A stretch of DNA of 45,642 nucleotides from a virus: IMG/VR virus record IMGVR_UViG_3300009073_000008, one strand, 5' to 3'. The position numbers were made by a program, and so were the translations under genes. Of this stretch, positions 7,084-15,321 are shown piece by piece; the first letter of the stretch is position 1, and every line of letters begins with the position of its first letter. The notes beneath the pieces are model-generated. The model did no database searches, was not told where the DNA came from, and worked only from the letters and a program-made list of their open reading frames with translations.

Positions 7084-7582
7084 GTTTTTTGTACTTATTG
7101 AGACTGTCTTTATGTGGTATGACCGTTACTAGCACATGACGCGTGTTGATGTTGTCCCAGTAAAAAATGAATATAAACTCATCGTGATACTTGTACAACC
7201 TATTCTTTTCTCCTCTATGTGTAGTGAGGTAATCGTTTATCCAATCTTGATTGATTTTCTTGCCACGACTCAAAGCGCGTCCTGCCTTCTGAAAACGTAA
7301 GTATTTATTATCAATACCCATGCGACTTTCTATGCGGTAATCTGCGTGTCCTGTCACATATAGCTTGTTACTCATTGTGTAAAAAACTCGCTTTGCCTTC
7401 GCTATCTCATTTGCAATATTTATACGCGTGATCTCCTTGCGTAATGCTGTATCGGATATTGCAACATATTTCTCAAGCAACGCCTTTATCATCGTTCTAT
7501 CCTGCTCTGTGAGTGGTGAGCCCTTAATTAGACCCATCTCTTCATAGACAAATTTTCTGAATTGTTTTTTTGACTCTGACAT
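7013..7582 (-). CDS. hypothetical 189-aa protein
   Basis: I prefer the ATG at 7582 (MSESKKQFRKF...), which lies 7 nt after the upstream stop, over the track's upstream alternative start. The 3' end overlaps rusA by 71 nt. Confidence 0.7.
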   Translation of the reverse strand: MSESKKQFRKFVYEEMGLIKGSPLTEQDRTMIKALLEKYVAISDTALRKEITRINIANEIAKAKRVFYTMSNKLYVTGHADYRIESRMGIDNKYLRFQKAGRALSRGKKINQDWINDYLTTHRGEKNRLYKYHDEFIFIFYWDNINTRHVLVTVIPHKDSLNKYKKHENENKLDRESGIQEEQQEGGSQ

Positions 7583-7589
7583 TTTTTTG

Positions 7590-7943
7590 CTAATTAGATT
7601 TCTTAAACGAAACGCTATACACTGGCTCATGCAATGCGTCGTACTCATCTCGCACTTCAACACTCTTACCATCCACTAAATTTGTGATTGAAATATCTGA
7701 TAGCATTTCTGCAAAAGCCTTTACTTCTACTTTTAAATCTTCCAACTTCTCCCAACGCCTCCCCATGTCGCGCTGCGCTGCAAGCTCATGCTTCTTTTTT
7801 GTCTCCCTCAATTCCGCCATCGTTTGCAATAACTCTTGGTATGTAGAGTCCTGTGCCAACGTGTCGCGGTACTCCTTGCGGATGTTGCGCATCTCTTTTT
7901 TTGCCTCCTTCTGGTCATTAAATACCTCTTGTAAATCTTTCAT
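7590..7943 (-). CDS. hypothetical 117-aa coiled-coil protein
   Basis: ORF with charged heptad-like sequence. Confidence 0.7.
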   Translation of the reverse strand: MKDLQEVFNDQKEAKKEMRNIRKEYRDTLAQDSTYQELLQTMAELRETKKKHELAAQRDMGRRWEKLEDLKVEVKAFAEMLSDISITNLVDGKSVEVRDEYDALHEPVYSVSFKKSN

Positions 7944-7968
7944 AGACTTGATTAAACTTGGTTAAACT

Positions 7969-8253
7969 TTATAAACTCACACGTCCGGTGTACTGAATAT
8001 CAACATGGCTCTCTCCGTTTTTTTTGTGCCAATAGATATAATATTTCCTGCTAGTCTTGCCTTTTACCTCTTTACGATGAACTTTTTTATCATCATTCAG
8101 CTCAGTAAGTCGCGACTGAGCTTTGTATGTGATGTATTGCCATGTACCAAATACTTTGTGATCGCCTATAATGCTTCCACAGTCCCACTTCTTTTCTGGG
8201 TCTTGCCTCAAGACTTCAAGTATTATTTCTTTTTGTGAGTACTTTTTATCCAT
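7969..8253 (-). CDS. hypothetical 94-aa protein (possible winged helix)
   Basis: SQKEIILEVLRQ...AQSRLTELNDDKKVHRKE pattern. Weak. Confidence 0.65.
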   Translation of the reverse strand: MDKKYSQKEIILEVLRQDPEKKWDCGSIIGDHKVFGTWQYITYKAQSRLTELNDDKKVHRKEVKGKTSRKYYIYWHKKNGESHVDIQYTGRVSL

Positions 8254-8497
8254 ATCTTTTTACTTTTTTAGAACGTATTACTTCGCTTGGTATCTCTGTG
8301 TGTGTGCATGTTGGGTGAAAATCTTTGAAACAAATGGGTACATGATCTTTGTACATGCCTTTACGCTTTACTTTCGCAACACGTTTCTCCATCGTTTCAA
8401 TATCTCGCTCTTCAAATAGGTCTGCGTTATCCGTTACAAGAAAATGTGCAAACATGTAATTTTTCCTGCGCCATTGTTGATTGACGTAATTTTTCAT
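8246..8497 (-). CDS. hypothetical 83-aa protein
   Basis: ORF in operon context. Confidence 0.65.
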   Translation of the reverse strand: MKNYVNQQWRRKNYMFAHFLVTDNADLFEERDIETMEKRVAKVKRKGMYKDHVPICFKDFHPTCTHTEIPSEVIRSKKVKRYG

Positions 8498-8499
8498 AA

Positions 8500-8667
8500 T
8501 TATTTATCACCGCTACCGTTGTATACATCACTCGCTACACCCTTTAACCCTTCAACTCCAATCGTCTGATTAAACTTGAGTAGACCAACAAAGATTGCGC
8601 TCAATGATAAGAGTGTCAGAATTAGTATTAGTACTGCTGCAAACTTGATTATTGTTTCTAAAATCAT
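8500..8667 (-). CDS. possible 55-aa membrane protein (below ORF-track cutoff)
   Basis: My translation: MILETIIKFAAVLILILTLLSLSAIFVGLLKFNQTIGVEGLKGVASDVYNGSGDK. Fills the gap after dnaB. Confidence 0.45.
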   Translation of the reverse strand: MILETIIKFAAVLILILTLLSLSAIFVGLLKFNQTIGVEGLKGVASDVYNGSGDK

Positions 8668-8683
8668 ATTCTAAAATTAATTT

Positions 8684-9988
8684 TTAAATCGCATCCACTT
8701 GCTCCATGACTCCTGTGCTGCCAAGAAAATCAAGATCAACACTTCCACGCCTCCCATGCCTATTCTTTTTGACATGGCAATCAAGACGTACCGCTTCACC
8801 TGCTGCCTGTTGCCTTTCAAATACTTCCGGCTCTTCCACTGCCGATAGCTCAATGGCCAAGTCTGCTGCTGCTGCGATGCCACCAGACCCCTTGAAACCC
8901 ATAAGCTGCCGGCTACCATTCTTTGCTTGCTCATTACTCACCTGTGACAAAACAATGATCGGTACTTGTAATTGCTTCGCGACATTCTGCAATCGTGTGA
9001 TCGCAACGGTTGTCGTTTCATACTCTCCACGCGCATCTTTGACGTTTGCTAGTTGCAAAAAGTCTATGAAAAATAGATCAACCGGTTTTCTCATCATCTG
9101 GTTTTGCATTTCAATCACGATAGCCTCAAGATTATTTTCTCGCTCATAAACCTCTGTCTCTGCAAGGATGAAATCATCCTTAGCAGCTTGTATTTCTTTC
9201 AACTCCTCCGGCGTACCTCCTGCTTTACGTACCTTGTACATTGACGTATTTGCCATGATGCCAATTAAGCGTCCAAGAATATCTGTGCTTGTCATCTCTA
9301 GTGAGAAAAATACACATCTCTTACCCTGTCTGATTGCATTGCCTAGTATGTTCAAACTAAAAGCTGTCTTACCTGTGTTGGTATATCCGCCAATGACCCA
9401 TAGATGGCTTTTTCTAATACCATCTATCGCGCCATCAAGTTTTGAATACCCTGTAGAAATGCCGTGTATTTTTTGCCCTGCTGCCATGCGCTCTTGATAT
9501 TCTTTCTCAAGAACCTCATACGCTTGCACGACTGACTGCGCATCTGTTTTCTCATCTGTGCCTACTGACTCCGAGACCGCCAACACTTCACCTTGTGCTC
9601 TCTCGATAAGCTCCTGCGACTCGACTGTTACATCCTGTGCAATTTCGTTTATGTTTTGCGCTGCTACTTGCAACCTTCTTTGGGTGGCTATCTTTTTCAC
9701 CAACTTGGCGTAGTACCCAACATTGCTTGCTGATACAACTGCTGCAAAACAATCTGCGATAAATGATGCCGGGACGTGTGGTACTTTTTCACTCAAGATC
9801 AACACGTCAATAGCAGATTGTGCATCAAACAACTCCTCGATACCCTTGTACAATTCTTTGTAGTGTCCATCCGGGAGATCATCACTTGACATGATGTGTC
9901 GCACCAACGGTATCTGCTTGTTGTCCAAGATCAATGAGCCTATGATATTTCTCTGGTATTCAATTTCTGCATTTTGATTTTCGCTCAT
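8684..9988 (-). CDS. dnaB: replicative DNA helicase DnaB
   Basis: ISTGYSKLDGAIDG, Walker A GGYTNTGKTAFSLN, Walker B LFFIDFLQL. The ATGA overlaps the upstream gene. Confidence 0.92.
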   Translation of the reverse strand: MSENQNAEIEYQRNIIGSLILDNKQIPLVRHIMSSDDLPDGHYKELYKGIEELFDAQSAIDVLILSEKVPHVPASFIADCFAAVVSASNVGYYAKLVKKIATQRRLQVAAQNINEIAQDVTVESQELIERAQGEVLAVSESVGTDEKTDAQSVVQAYEVLEKEYQERMAAGQKIHGISTGYSKLDGAIDGIRKSHLWVIGGYTNTGKTAFSLNILGNAIRQGKRCVFFSLEMTSTDILGRLIGIMANTSMYKVRKAGGTPEELKEIQAAKDDFILAETEVYERENNLEAIVIEMQNQMMRKPVDLFFIDFLQLANVKDARGEYETTTVAITRLQNVAKQLQVPIIVLSQVSNEQAKNGSRQLMGFKGSGGIAAAADLAIELSAVEEPEVFERQQAAGEAVRLDCHVKKNRHGRRGSVDLDFLGSTGVMEQVDAI

Positions 9989-10707
9989 AAACGTACTTTG
10001 TTATCCTCTACCTCTTCACGTTCTGGGAAATCCTTATCAAGTGCGTTTCTGAGAAATGCTTTGTAGTTTTTGTATTTCCTACCCTTTGCCTCACAATATG
10101 TGTGTAGCTGCTCTGCCTTTTTCACAACCTGTTTTTGTGTCGCAACAAACTTGAGTGTAAAAATCTCAACATCCTCTGATGGCACGGCAAGCAAATATGC
10201 GCGGCTCTTGAAAAGCGGAATATCCTTTTTACTCTCAATGGGGGCAACCCGAGAAAGAGACTCCGCCTTTTCTTCCCTCTCTCTATCCTTACCTAACCTA
10301 ACCTTACCTATACTGGGTTGCCGTGTGGTTGCCATGTGGTTGCCATGTGGTTTCAGCCCTTTATTTAAGCTATATTTCTTCGTTTCACCGTCAATTTCTA
10401 GTTGGTTCATCTCATCTACCCACTGTGTCTTGGTGTACCTATCTTTGCGTATGAGGTTGTGGATTAACCAATGCTTTATTACGCATACACCAGACTCAAA
10501 TTCCATGAGATAACGCTTTGCCATCAAGACTTTATAATCGTCCGGGGACGCTCCTATCATCTTGAGAATTGTCTTTGGCTTCGCTATGAAACCGTCATCA
10601 TCAGCCCTTAACATTAAGTGGAAATATAGTGCCTGTGTGCTGCTTGGCATTTCCATAAATATGTCAGTGTCGATGATCTTGTCACTCATCATTCTTCTCT
10701 GTGCCAT
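9985..10707 (-). CDS. phage replisome organizer / DnaD-like replication initiator
   Basis: N-terminal DTDIFMEMPSSTQALYFHLMLRADDDGFI pattern typical of replisome-organizer N domains. Directly upstream of dnaB. Contains iterons. Confidence 0.8.
   Translation of the reverse strand: MAQRRMMSDKIIDTDIFMEMPSSTQALYFHLMLRADDDGFIAKPKTILKMIGASPDDYKVLMAKRYLMEFESGVCVIKHWLIHNLIRKDRYTKTQWVDEMNQLEIDGETKKYSLNKGLKPHGNHMATTRQPSIGKVRLGKDREREEKAESLSRVAPIESKKDIPLFKSRAYLLAVPSEDVEIFTLKFVATQKQVVKKAEQLHTYCEAKGRKYKNYKAFLRNALDKDFPEREEVEDNKVRL
10287..10352. repeat. candidate replication origin iterons inside the organizer gene
   Basis: Five phased 5-mers CCTTA CCTAA CCTAA CCTTA CCTAT (10287-10311). Then three tandem 11-bp units GGTTGCCGTGT GGTTGCCATGT GGTTGCCATGT plus a partial GGTT (10316-10352). 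An AT-rich stretch follows. Confidence 0.55.
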
Positions 10708-10722
10708 ATTATTTTTTTTACG

Positions 10723-10802
10723 TCCACCACCCTATCCGACCCACTACTTGCAATTCACTGACAAGCGTGAGACATGAGCCGGATGGGATGGTGGATTTTT
10801 TT
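10723..10802. repeat. 16-bp-arm inverted repeat followed (plus strand) by a T7 run
   Basis: TCCACCACCCTATCCG (10723-10738) and CGGATGGGATGGTGGA (10780-10795), 14/16 complementary, then TTTTTTT. Confidence 0.6.
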
Positions 10803-10804
10803 GC

Positions 10805-11197
10805 TTAGTACTCTGGGTCTGGGGTGGTTATTGCATACTCCTGTGCAAGAAACACCCTCACTTTTTCTATGTACTCGTTAAACTCTTTTGTGTTTAGCTT
10901 TGCTGTACTTGCAACTTGCGTAACATTTTTTCCAAGTATCACCTTCTCAGTTTTCAGAAATTCATTTGCAAGAAATGCGTGTACCTCATCCTTATCTGAA
11001 TTGCTGTAGTCCATCAGCGATTGCACCAACACACCAAAGTAGTAATTGTTTTGCGCCTCAGTACGATTTTTAAACCACTTTTTTATTGAGATCATTACCA
11101 CTTCACCATCGAGATTTCCGAGAACATCCCCCCATAGCCTGTTATTTTCAAGAACTATCTTGCCATTTTGTATTCTTGCCTTATGTTTGATTTCCAT
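10805..11197 (-). CDS. NinB/Orf-like recombination mediator (tentative)
   Basis: RTEAQNNYYFGVLVQSL and STAKLNTKEFNEYIEKVRVFLAQEYAI resemble lambda NinB RSLDQNRKLWACLGDVS and TSRMRVGEFAELLELIQAF. Sits in the recombination module. Confidence 0.5.
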   Translation of the reverse strand: MEIKHKARIQNGKIVLENNRLWGDVLGNLDGEVVMISIKKWFKNRTEAQNNYYFGVLVQSLMDYSNSDKDEVHAFLANEFLKTEKVILGKNVTQVASTAKLNTKEFNEYIEKVRVFLAQEYAITTPDPEY

Positions 11198-11230
11198 TTT
11201 TTCTCTTTAAACTGCTATCAGAATAGGCGT

Positions 11231-11272
11231 ATTGCCCCTAAAAATGATCTGTGTGAGCTTTTTAGGGGCAAT
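11231..11272. repeat. perfect 14-bp-stem hairpin in the ssb / ninB-like intergenic region
   Basis: ATTGCCCCTAAAAA-14 nt-TTTTTAGGGGCAAT. Confidence 0.7.
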
Positions 11273-11279
11273 GTATACC

Positions 11280-12197
11280 CTAGAACGGTACGTCCTCAAT
11301 CTTTACCTCCTCATCCTCAGCAAACGCATCTGCCTCATACGCCTCAATAGGTGGCACTTCTGCTGCTTCTGTTGGTACACCTGTCTGCGTTGGCGGTGTT
11401 GGTGCTGCTGTCTGCGGTTGCGCTTGCTCTTGTACTGGGGGCGGTGTTGCTGCAACGGCTGCTACTGGCGCTGCCACTGCTGCTTGAGCTTGTGGTGCTG
11501 CAATTTGTGCTACCTTCACGCTTCTTGCTGCATCACCTAACGCCTCACGTGCGCCGTCAAAGTTTTCATTCTGGCCACCATCTGTGAATGTTGCTACAAA
11601 GTTTTTCGTACCCTTATCATTCTCAAGCTCAACAATTTTCATCACTGTCTTTACTTTCAATCTATTTGCATCCTCAAAGATGATTGTGCTTTTGGTATAG
11701 TCAAACCACTGACCCTGTGATTGTCCTGTGAGCTGCACTTTAAAAACTTCGTCACCAACTAGCACATATATAATTGATGCGTAGTCATAATGGTTTATTG
11801 TTTTTCCGCCAATGTCTTTGTGTGAGTGCCGTGTTTGAATTTCTTTATACGTACCTTGGTCAACAATTTTTTGTCGCTTTGAGCCTTTTAGGTACAGAAA
11901 AACTTGACCGTCATTACCACTTATAAACTCGTTTGAGTACCATGATGGTGTATTTATATCGTCTGTAAACGGTGAGCTGATTTGAGCGCGCGCCATGATA
12001 ACAACTCCTTCAATTTGCTTTCCGAACTTCTGCCTCTCAAATAGTCCTTGTGGTGTTTTTGTTTTAACCACCCAATCACCTGTTTTGTTTGTGCCGTTTT
12101 TATCGTCACCGTTGTCCACTACCATCTTGCGAAAATACTGTATTGATGGGCTCACTCCCATTGCTTCTTGCTCTTCTGGTGTTAATGCTTGTGTCAT
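11280..12197 (-). CDS. single-stranded DNA-binding protein-like (non-canonical N-domain, canonical acidic tip)
   Basis: Ala/Pro/Gln-rich linker followed by a C-terminus ...AEDEEVKIEDVPF, resembling the SSB DDDIPF tip. Sits in the ERF/YqaJ module. Confidence 0.6.
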   Translation of the reverse strand: MTQALTPEEQEAMGVSPSIQYFRKMVVDNGDDKNGTNKTGDWVVKTKTPQGLFERQKFGKQIEGVVIMARAQISSPFTDDINTPSWYSNEFISGNDGQVFLYLKGSKRQKIVDQGTYKEIQTRHSHKDIGGKTINHYDYASIIYVLVGDEVFKVQLTGQSQGQWFDYTKSTIIFEDANRLKVKTVMKIVELENDKGTKNFVATFTDGGQNENFDGAREALGDAARSVKVAQIAAPQAQAAVAAPVAAVAATPPPVQEQAQPQTAAPTPPTQTGVPTEAAEVPPIEAYEADAFAEDEEVKIEDVPF

Positions 12198-12201
12198 AGA
12201 T

Positions 12202-12912
12202 TTATGATTTGTATGTGTTAATTAACCTGTAAATTTTTATCTCTCCGTTAGAACTTTTTTGTAGGATGTCAGTGTTTTTGTCGTATTCATTTTCTTTAAG
12301 AAACTTCTGAAACGCTGCATCTTTCTTCACATTCTCCATATCCTCTTTAGCTTGTTGTATTTTTTCCTCCTTCTCTTTTTCCAATCGCGCATCAAGGTCA
12401 CTCTTAGCCTTAGCCTCTGCATCCTTTTGCATTTGCTCGCGCTGCTTCTCTTGCTCAACTTTTTCCTCTTCCTCTTTTTTCTTTTGACCGATCTCTTCCA
12501 ACTTCTCTAGCTTGAAAGCTCCGTATGCCGTCTCATCCATCGCAATCAACTCTTCGTCAGTGGCCTCAATACCCATCGCATCTAGCTCTGCTCTCCGCGC
12601 CGGGATAAACTCTTTGCGCACCTCCCGGGCTTCCTTCTCCTTAGCGACTGCGATAACTTCCTTCATTTTTTCCTCATGTGGCACGATCATGTCCAGTAGT
12701 GATTTTTCTTTCTCCAACACTACATTTTTAATGTCGTTAGCCTCTTTACGCATTGCCTTCCCTGCCTTGGTAATTTCAATGCGATTGTCTGCTAGTACCT
12801 TCTTGATGTCTTTTACATCATCAAGATTTGATACATCCACCTCACTTGCTTGCTTTGCAATATTTGCAACCTCAGCAATTTTGTGGTCAAACTTTTCCAA
12901 GTCTAGTGTCAT
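12202..12912 (-). CDS. hypothetical 236-aa Glu/Lys-rich coiled-coil protein
   Basis: ORF overlapping the YqaJ gene stop by 4 nt. Charged repeats. Confidence 0.8.
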   Translation of the reverse strand: MTLDLEKFDHKIAEVANIAKQASEVDVSNLDDVKDIKKVLADNRIEITKAGKAMRKEANDIKNVVLEKEKSLLDMIVPHEEKMKEVIAVAKEKEAREVRKEFIPARRAELDAMGIEATDEELIAMDETAYGAFKLEKLEEIGQKKKEEEEKVEQEKQREQMQKDAEAKAKSDLDARLEKEKEEKIQQAKEDMENVKKDAAFQKFLKENEYDKNTDILQKSSNGEIKIYRLINTYKS

Positions 12913-13529
12913 ACTTTTTTATTTAGTTTTTTTAAGAACTCATCAACCATTTTTTCTCCTGCACGCAAGCCAATGAGTATGCGTTCGTATGCAACCTTGT
13001 CCGGCTCAATCCTTTTAATGAGTAATGATTGTGTAAAGTTGGGATTGTATAGCGCATAATCAGCCCATAGCCTGTTTGAGATCATCATTTGCATCTGTGT
13101 CTGCATGTAATGCGATCTCTCAACTTTTATCTCCGGGTAGGTGAATATGTGCGCCATATGTTTTGTGTCCATCATGCACTTGTACTCAGTCACACCATCC
13201 TCTCCAACAATCCCATCAAGACTCGCCCCGGCACGCTTTGAGATTTTGTCGTTTACCATGAACCCAACCTCTGTCACTGTGTTACCAGTCTCAAGCTCAT
13301 ACATTGAGCGTGCTTCTGGCTCTAGCTCGTTACCTCTGTCTGTGTGTTCGTTTCCAAAACTTGGCTTTGGTCTGCCTGTGTGGATTTCTGCTGCAAGCTC
13401 CATGCAATAGGTCTCAAGTCCTTTACCGTTAGCAGCAATCACCCCTGCTTTGGATGCTGTAAACATCCCTGCTCTGTCCTTAAACCACTGCTCTGTGCCT
13501 TGCTCTGCCTCAAAGATTTTTATAGCCAT
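12909..13529 (-). CDS. YqaJ-type (lambda Exo-like) recombination exonuclease
   Basis: EQGTEQWFKDRAGMFTASKAGVI N-terminal signature and PD-(D/E)xK-like ASLDGIV...VTEYKC. Confidence 0.85.
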   Translation of the reverse strand: MAIKIFEAEQGTEQWFKDRAGMFTASKAGVIAANGKGLETYCMELAAEIHTGRPKPSFGNEHTDRGNELEPEARSMYELETGNTVTEVGFMVNDKISKRAGASLDGIVGEDGVTEYKCMMDTKHMAHIFTYPEIKVERSHYMQTQMQMMISNRLWADYALYNPNFTQSLLIKRIEPDKVAYERILIGLRAGEKMVDEFLKKLNKKV

Positions 13530-13531
13530 GA

Positions 13532-14098
13532 TTATTTTTTAGCTTTTATCTCCGCGACACGATTTGCAACAAGCCTTCCAAACACTCCACCTCTACTCTT
13601 CAATGGCTCGTAATACTTTTTTAACTCCCCAAGGTCATCTATCGCATCTATCTCAGATTTCCATGTGGTTGCTTCGTCCTGTGTTTGGTCTTGCTGCGCA
13701 TAGCTTTTTGTTTCTGTTGCTGCTACGGTGTTGTCTGGGTCAATTCCATCATCAATGAGAAACATCTTGCCTAGTGCATACTTAGCTGCATATGAGGACG
13801 ATGAGCCTGTTACCTGTGCGTCAGACATGCCAATCTCAAACTCCGGCTCTCTGGCATACGCTGAAACTCTTTTGTTTTCTCTGCCGTCAAGGTCAATGAG
13901 TGACACTGTTGCCTTGACATAGACACGTCCTGCAATCGCTAGTATTTCGTCATTGATATAAGCTGCGCACTTATGCTTTGCCAACAATGGCTTTAGTGCT
14001 GCCATAATCTCTTCTGCGTTTCGACTTTTAAACTCCTTACCTTGCACCACCTTCTTTGGTACACGCAATTCTTGTTGTATTGCTAATAGTTTTTCCAT
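13532..14098 (-). CDS. erf: ERF-family single-strand annealing protein
   Basis: VYVKATVSLID...VTGSSSSYAAKYALGKMFLIDDG matches the ERF core pattern (G-x-x-x-SYA-x-[KR]Y). Confidence 0.8.
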   Translation of the reverse strand: MEKLLAIQQELRVPKKVVQGKEFKSRNAEEIMAALKPLLAKHKCAAYINDEILAIAGRVYVKATVSLIDLDGRENKRVSAYAREPEFEIGMSDAQVTGSSSSYAAKYALGKMFLIDDGIDPDNTVAATETKSYAQQDQTQDEATTWKSEIDAIDDLGELKKYYEPLKSRGGVFGRLVANRVAEIKAKK

Positions 14099-14268
14099 GG
14101 TCTCTTTTTTAAATGTTGTTTATTTGATGTCCCGTAGATCATCCTGTGCACTGTCCTGCGAAATGAGCGCCAATACGATACTTCGTCTTGCTGTATTTCT
14201 TGGCACATCTCTTTAAGCTCACCCTCTAGCTCTTCAACCAGATCATTTTTGTTGTGTTCATCTATCAT
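14083..14268 (-). CDS. hypothetical 61-aa protein
   Basis: ORF in operon context, 16-nt overlap with erf. Confidence 0.55.
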   Translation of the reverse strand: MIDEHNKNDLVEELEGELKEMCQEIQQDEVSYWRSFRRTVHRMIYGTSNKQHLKKRPWKNY

Positions 14269-14272
14269 CTTT

Positions 14273-14854
14273 TTATTTCCAACATGACTTACTAGCGTTC
14301 CATTTTCTGAGATACCCTTTGTTTATATGGTGTATTGCCATACGCGTGGCTTTGGTTAAATCTGTCCTATCCTCAAGACCCCACGGCTCTCGCATCTGAT
14401 GCGCACCCTCTAGCCATGTGCCACTAAGATACTGAAACGCGCCAAGTGCACTTGAGTATGGATTTGGTATGTCCGGGCGGATAAGTCCTGTGTCTCTGTC
14501 ACCGCTCTCACACTGCGCGATATGCACCAATAGATCAGCGTTCTCAAATCCTTCGTTCTTTGCCACACTTCGTATAACTTCCTCATATGTCATTTCTACG
14601 ATCTCGACCACCTCTTCATGTACTCCGTGTGCTTTTGCGATTTGTATGATGTTCACGCCCTCAAATTGCGCGTATATGTAGTCAGTAAACTTTACGACTG
14701 ATATATGCCATCCAAGGATTAAAGTGCTACATGCTATCGCCATATTTGCTATCAGAAACGATGTGCTATTTCTTGTCCTCACTTCCTCTCGCACTCTGAT
14801 CTTTATGGGTATATCGTCCTCAATCGCAAATGGGTCAACCGTCCTTTTAGACAT
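14273..14854 (-). CDS. membrane-anchored transglycosylase-like (Rpf-type) protein
   Basis: TM segment FLIANMAIACSTLILGW, then AQCESGDR...SSALGAFQYLSGTW, resembling the CESGGN...GLxQF...TW transglycosylase-like domain. Confidence 0.75.
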   Translation of the reverse strand: MSKRTVDPFAIEDDIPIKIRVREEVRTRNSTSFLIANMAIACSTLILGWHISVVKFTDYIYAQFEGVNIIQIAKAHGVHEEVVEIVEMTYEEVIRSVAKNEGFENADLLVHIAQCESGDRDTGLIRPDIPNPYSSALGAFQYLSGTWLEGAHQMREPWGLEDRTDLTKATRMAIHHINKGYLRKWNASKSCWK

Positions 14855-14864
14855 AAGCGTGATG

Positions 14865-15071
14865 TTAAAATTCTGTTACCTCTACGTTTTGACATGCGGG
14901 GCATGGGTCAATATCAACTCCAAGGCTAAAGATTGATGCTGATACGTTTGTTACTTCACCGCTACCGCCACACACATCACACGTTGCCTCTTCCTCTTGC
15001 ATTTGTAGGTCATATACAAAGTCCATAAATGCCTCTCTTCCTGTTATGAGGGGGCATTTGATTGCTTCCAT
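14865..15071 (-). CDS. 68-aa DnaJ-type zinc-finger protein, first gene of the early operon
   Basis: CDVCGGSGEV (CxxCxGxG) plus CPAC. Confidence 0.65.
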   Translation of the reverse strand: MEAIKCPLITGREAFMDFVYDLQMQEEEATCDVCGGSGEVTNVSASIFSLGVDIDPCPACQNVEVTEF

Positions 15072-15140
15072 ATATCTTTTTGTAGTTGTATATCCTGCGT
15101 ACAGTGCATAAAACTACAGTGAATTGTTATAAGTAAAGAC

Positions 15141-15170
15141 AAAAAAACACTAGATTTTTTTTCTAGTGTT
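15141..15170 (-). terminator. intrinsic terminator downstream of the int-HTH cassette (bidirectional shape)
   Basis: Minus strand AACACTAG-aaaaaaaat-CTAGTGTT followed by TTTTTT. Confidence 0.65.
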
Positions 15171-15263
15171 TATATAGTTTTAGTTGTAGGCCACCTATGC
15201 GACCAATATATTTTTATGTTATGTCGTAGCTGTGTACCCACTTACTGCGACTATATAACTCAC

Positions 15264-15321
15264 TAGAGTATAGTCTTTACTCTACACGCCACCACGTGAG
15301 TGATGATTTATAGAGTAAAGA
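15264..15321. repeat. three copies of TAGAGTA(A/t)A (two direct, one inverted); candidate attP arm or operator sites
   Basis: TAGAGTA at 15264, TTTACTCTA at 15276 (inverted), TAGAGTAAA at 15311. The 11-bp arms TCTTTACTCTA / TAGAGTAAAGA flank a 26-nt spacer containing CACGTG. Confidence 0.6.

Noticed and set aside
11330-11530. GC-rich quasi-repetitive stretch that could be mistaken for a repeat array
   Set aside because: It encodes the Ala/Pro/Gln-rich disordered linker of the SSB-like protein. There is no regular period or spacer structure.
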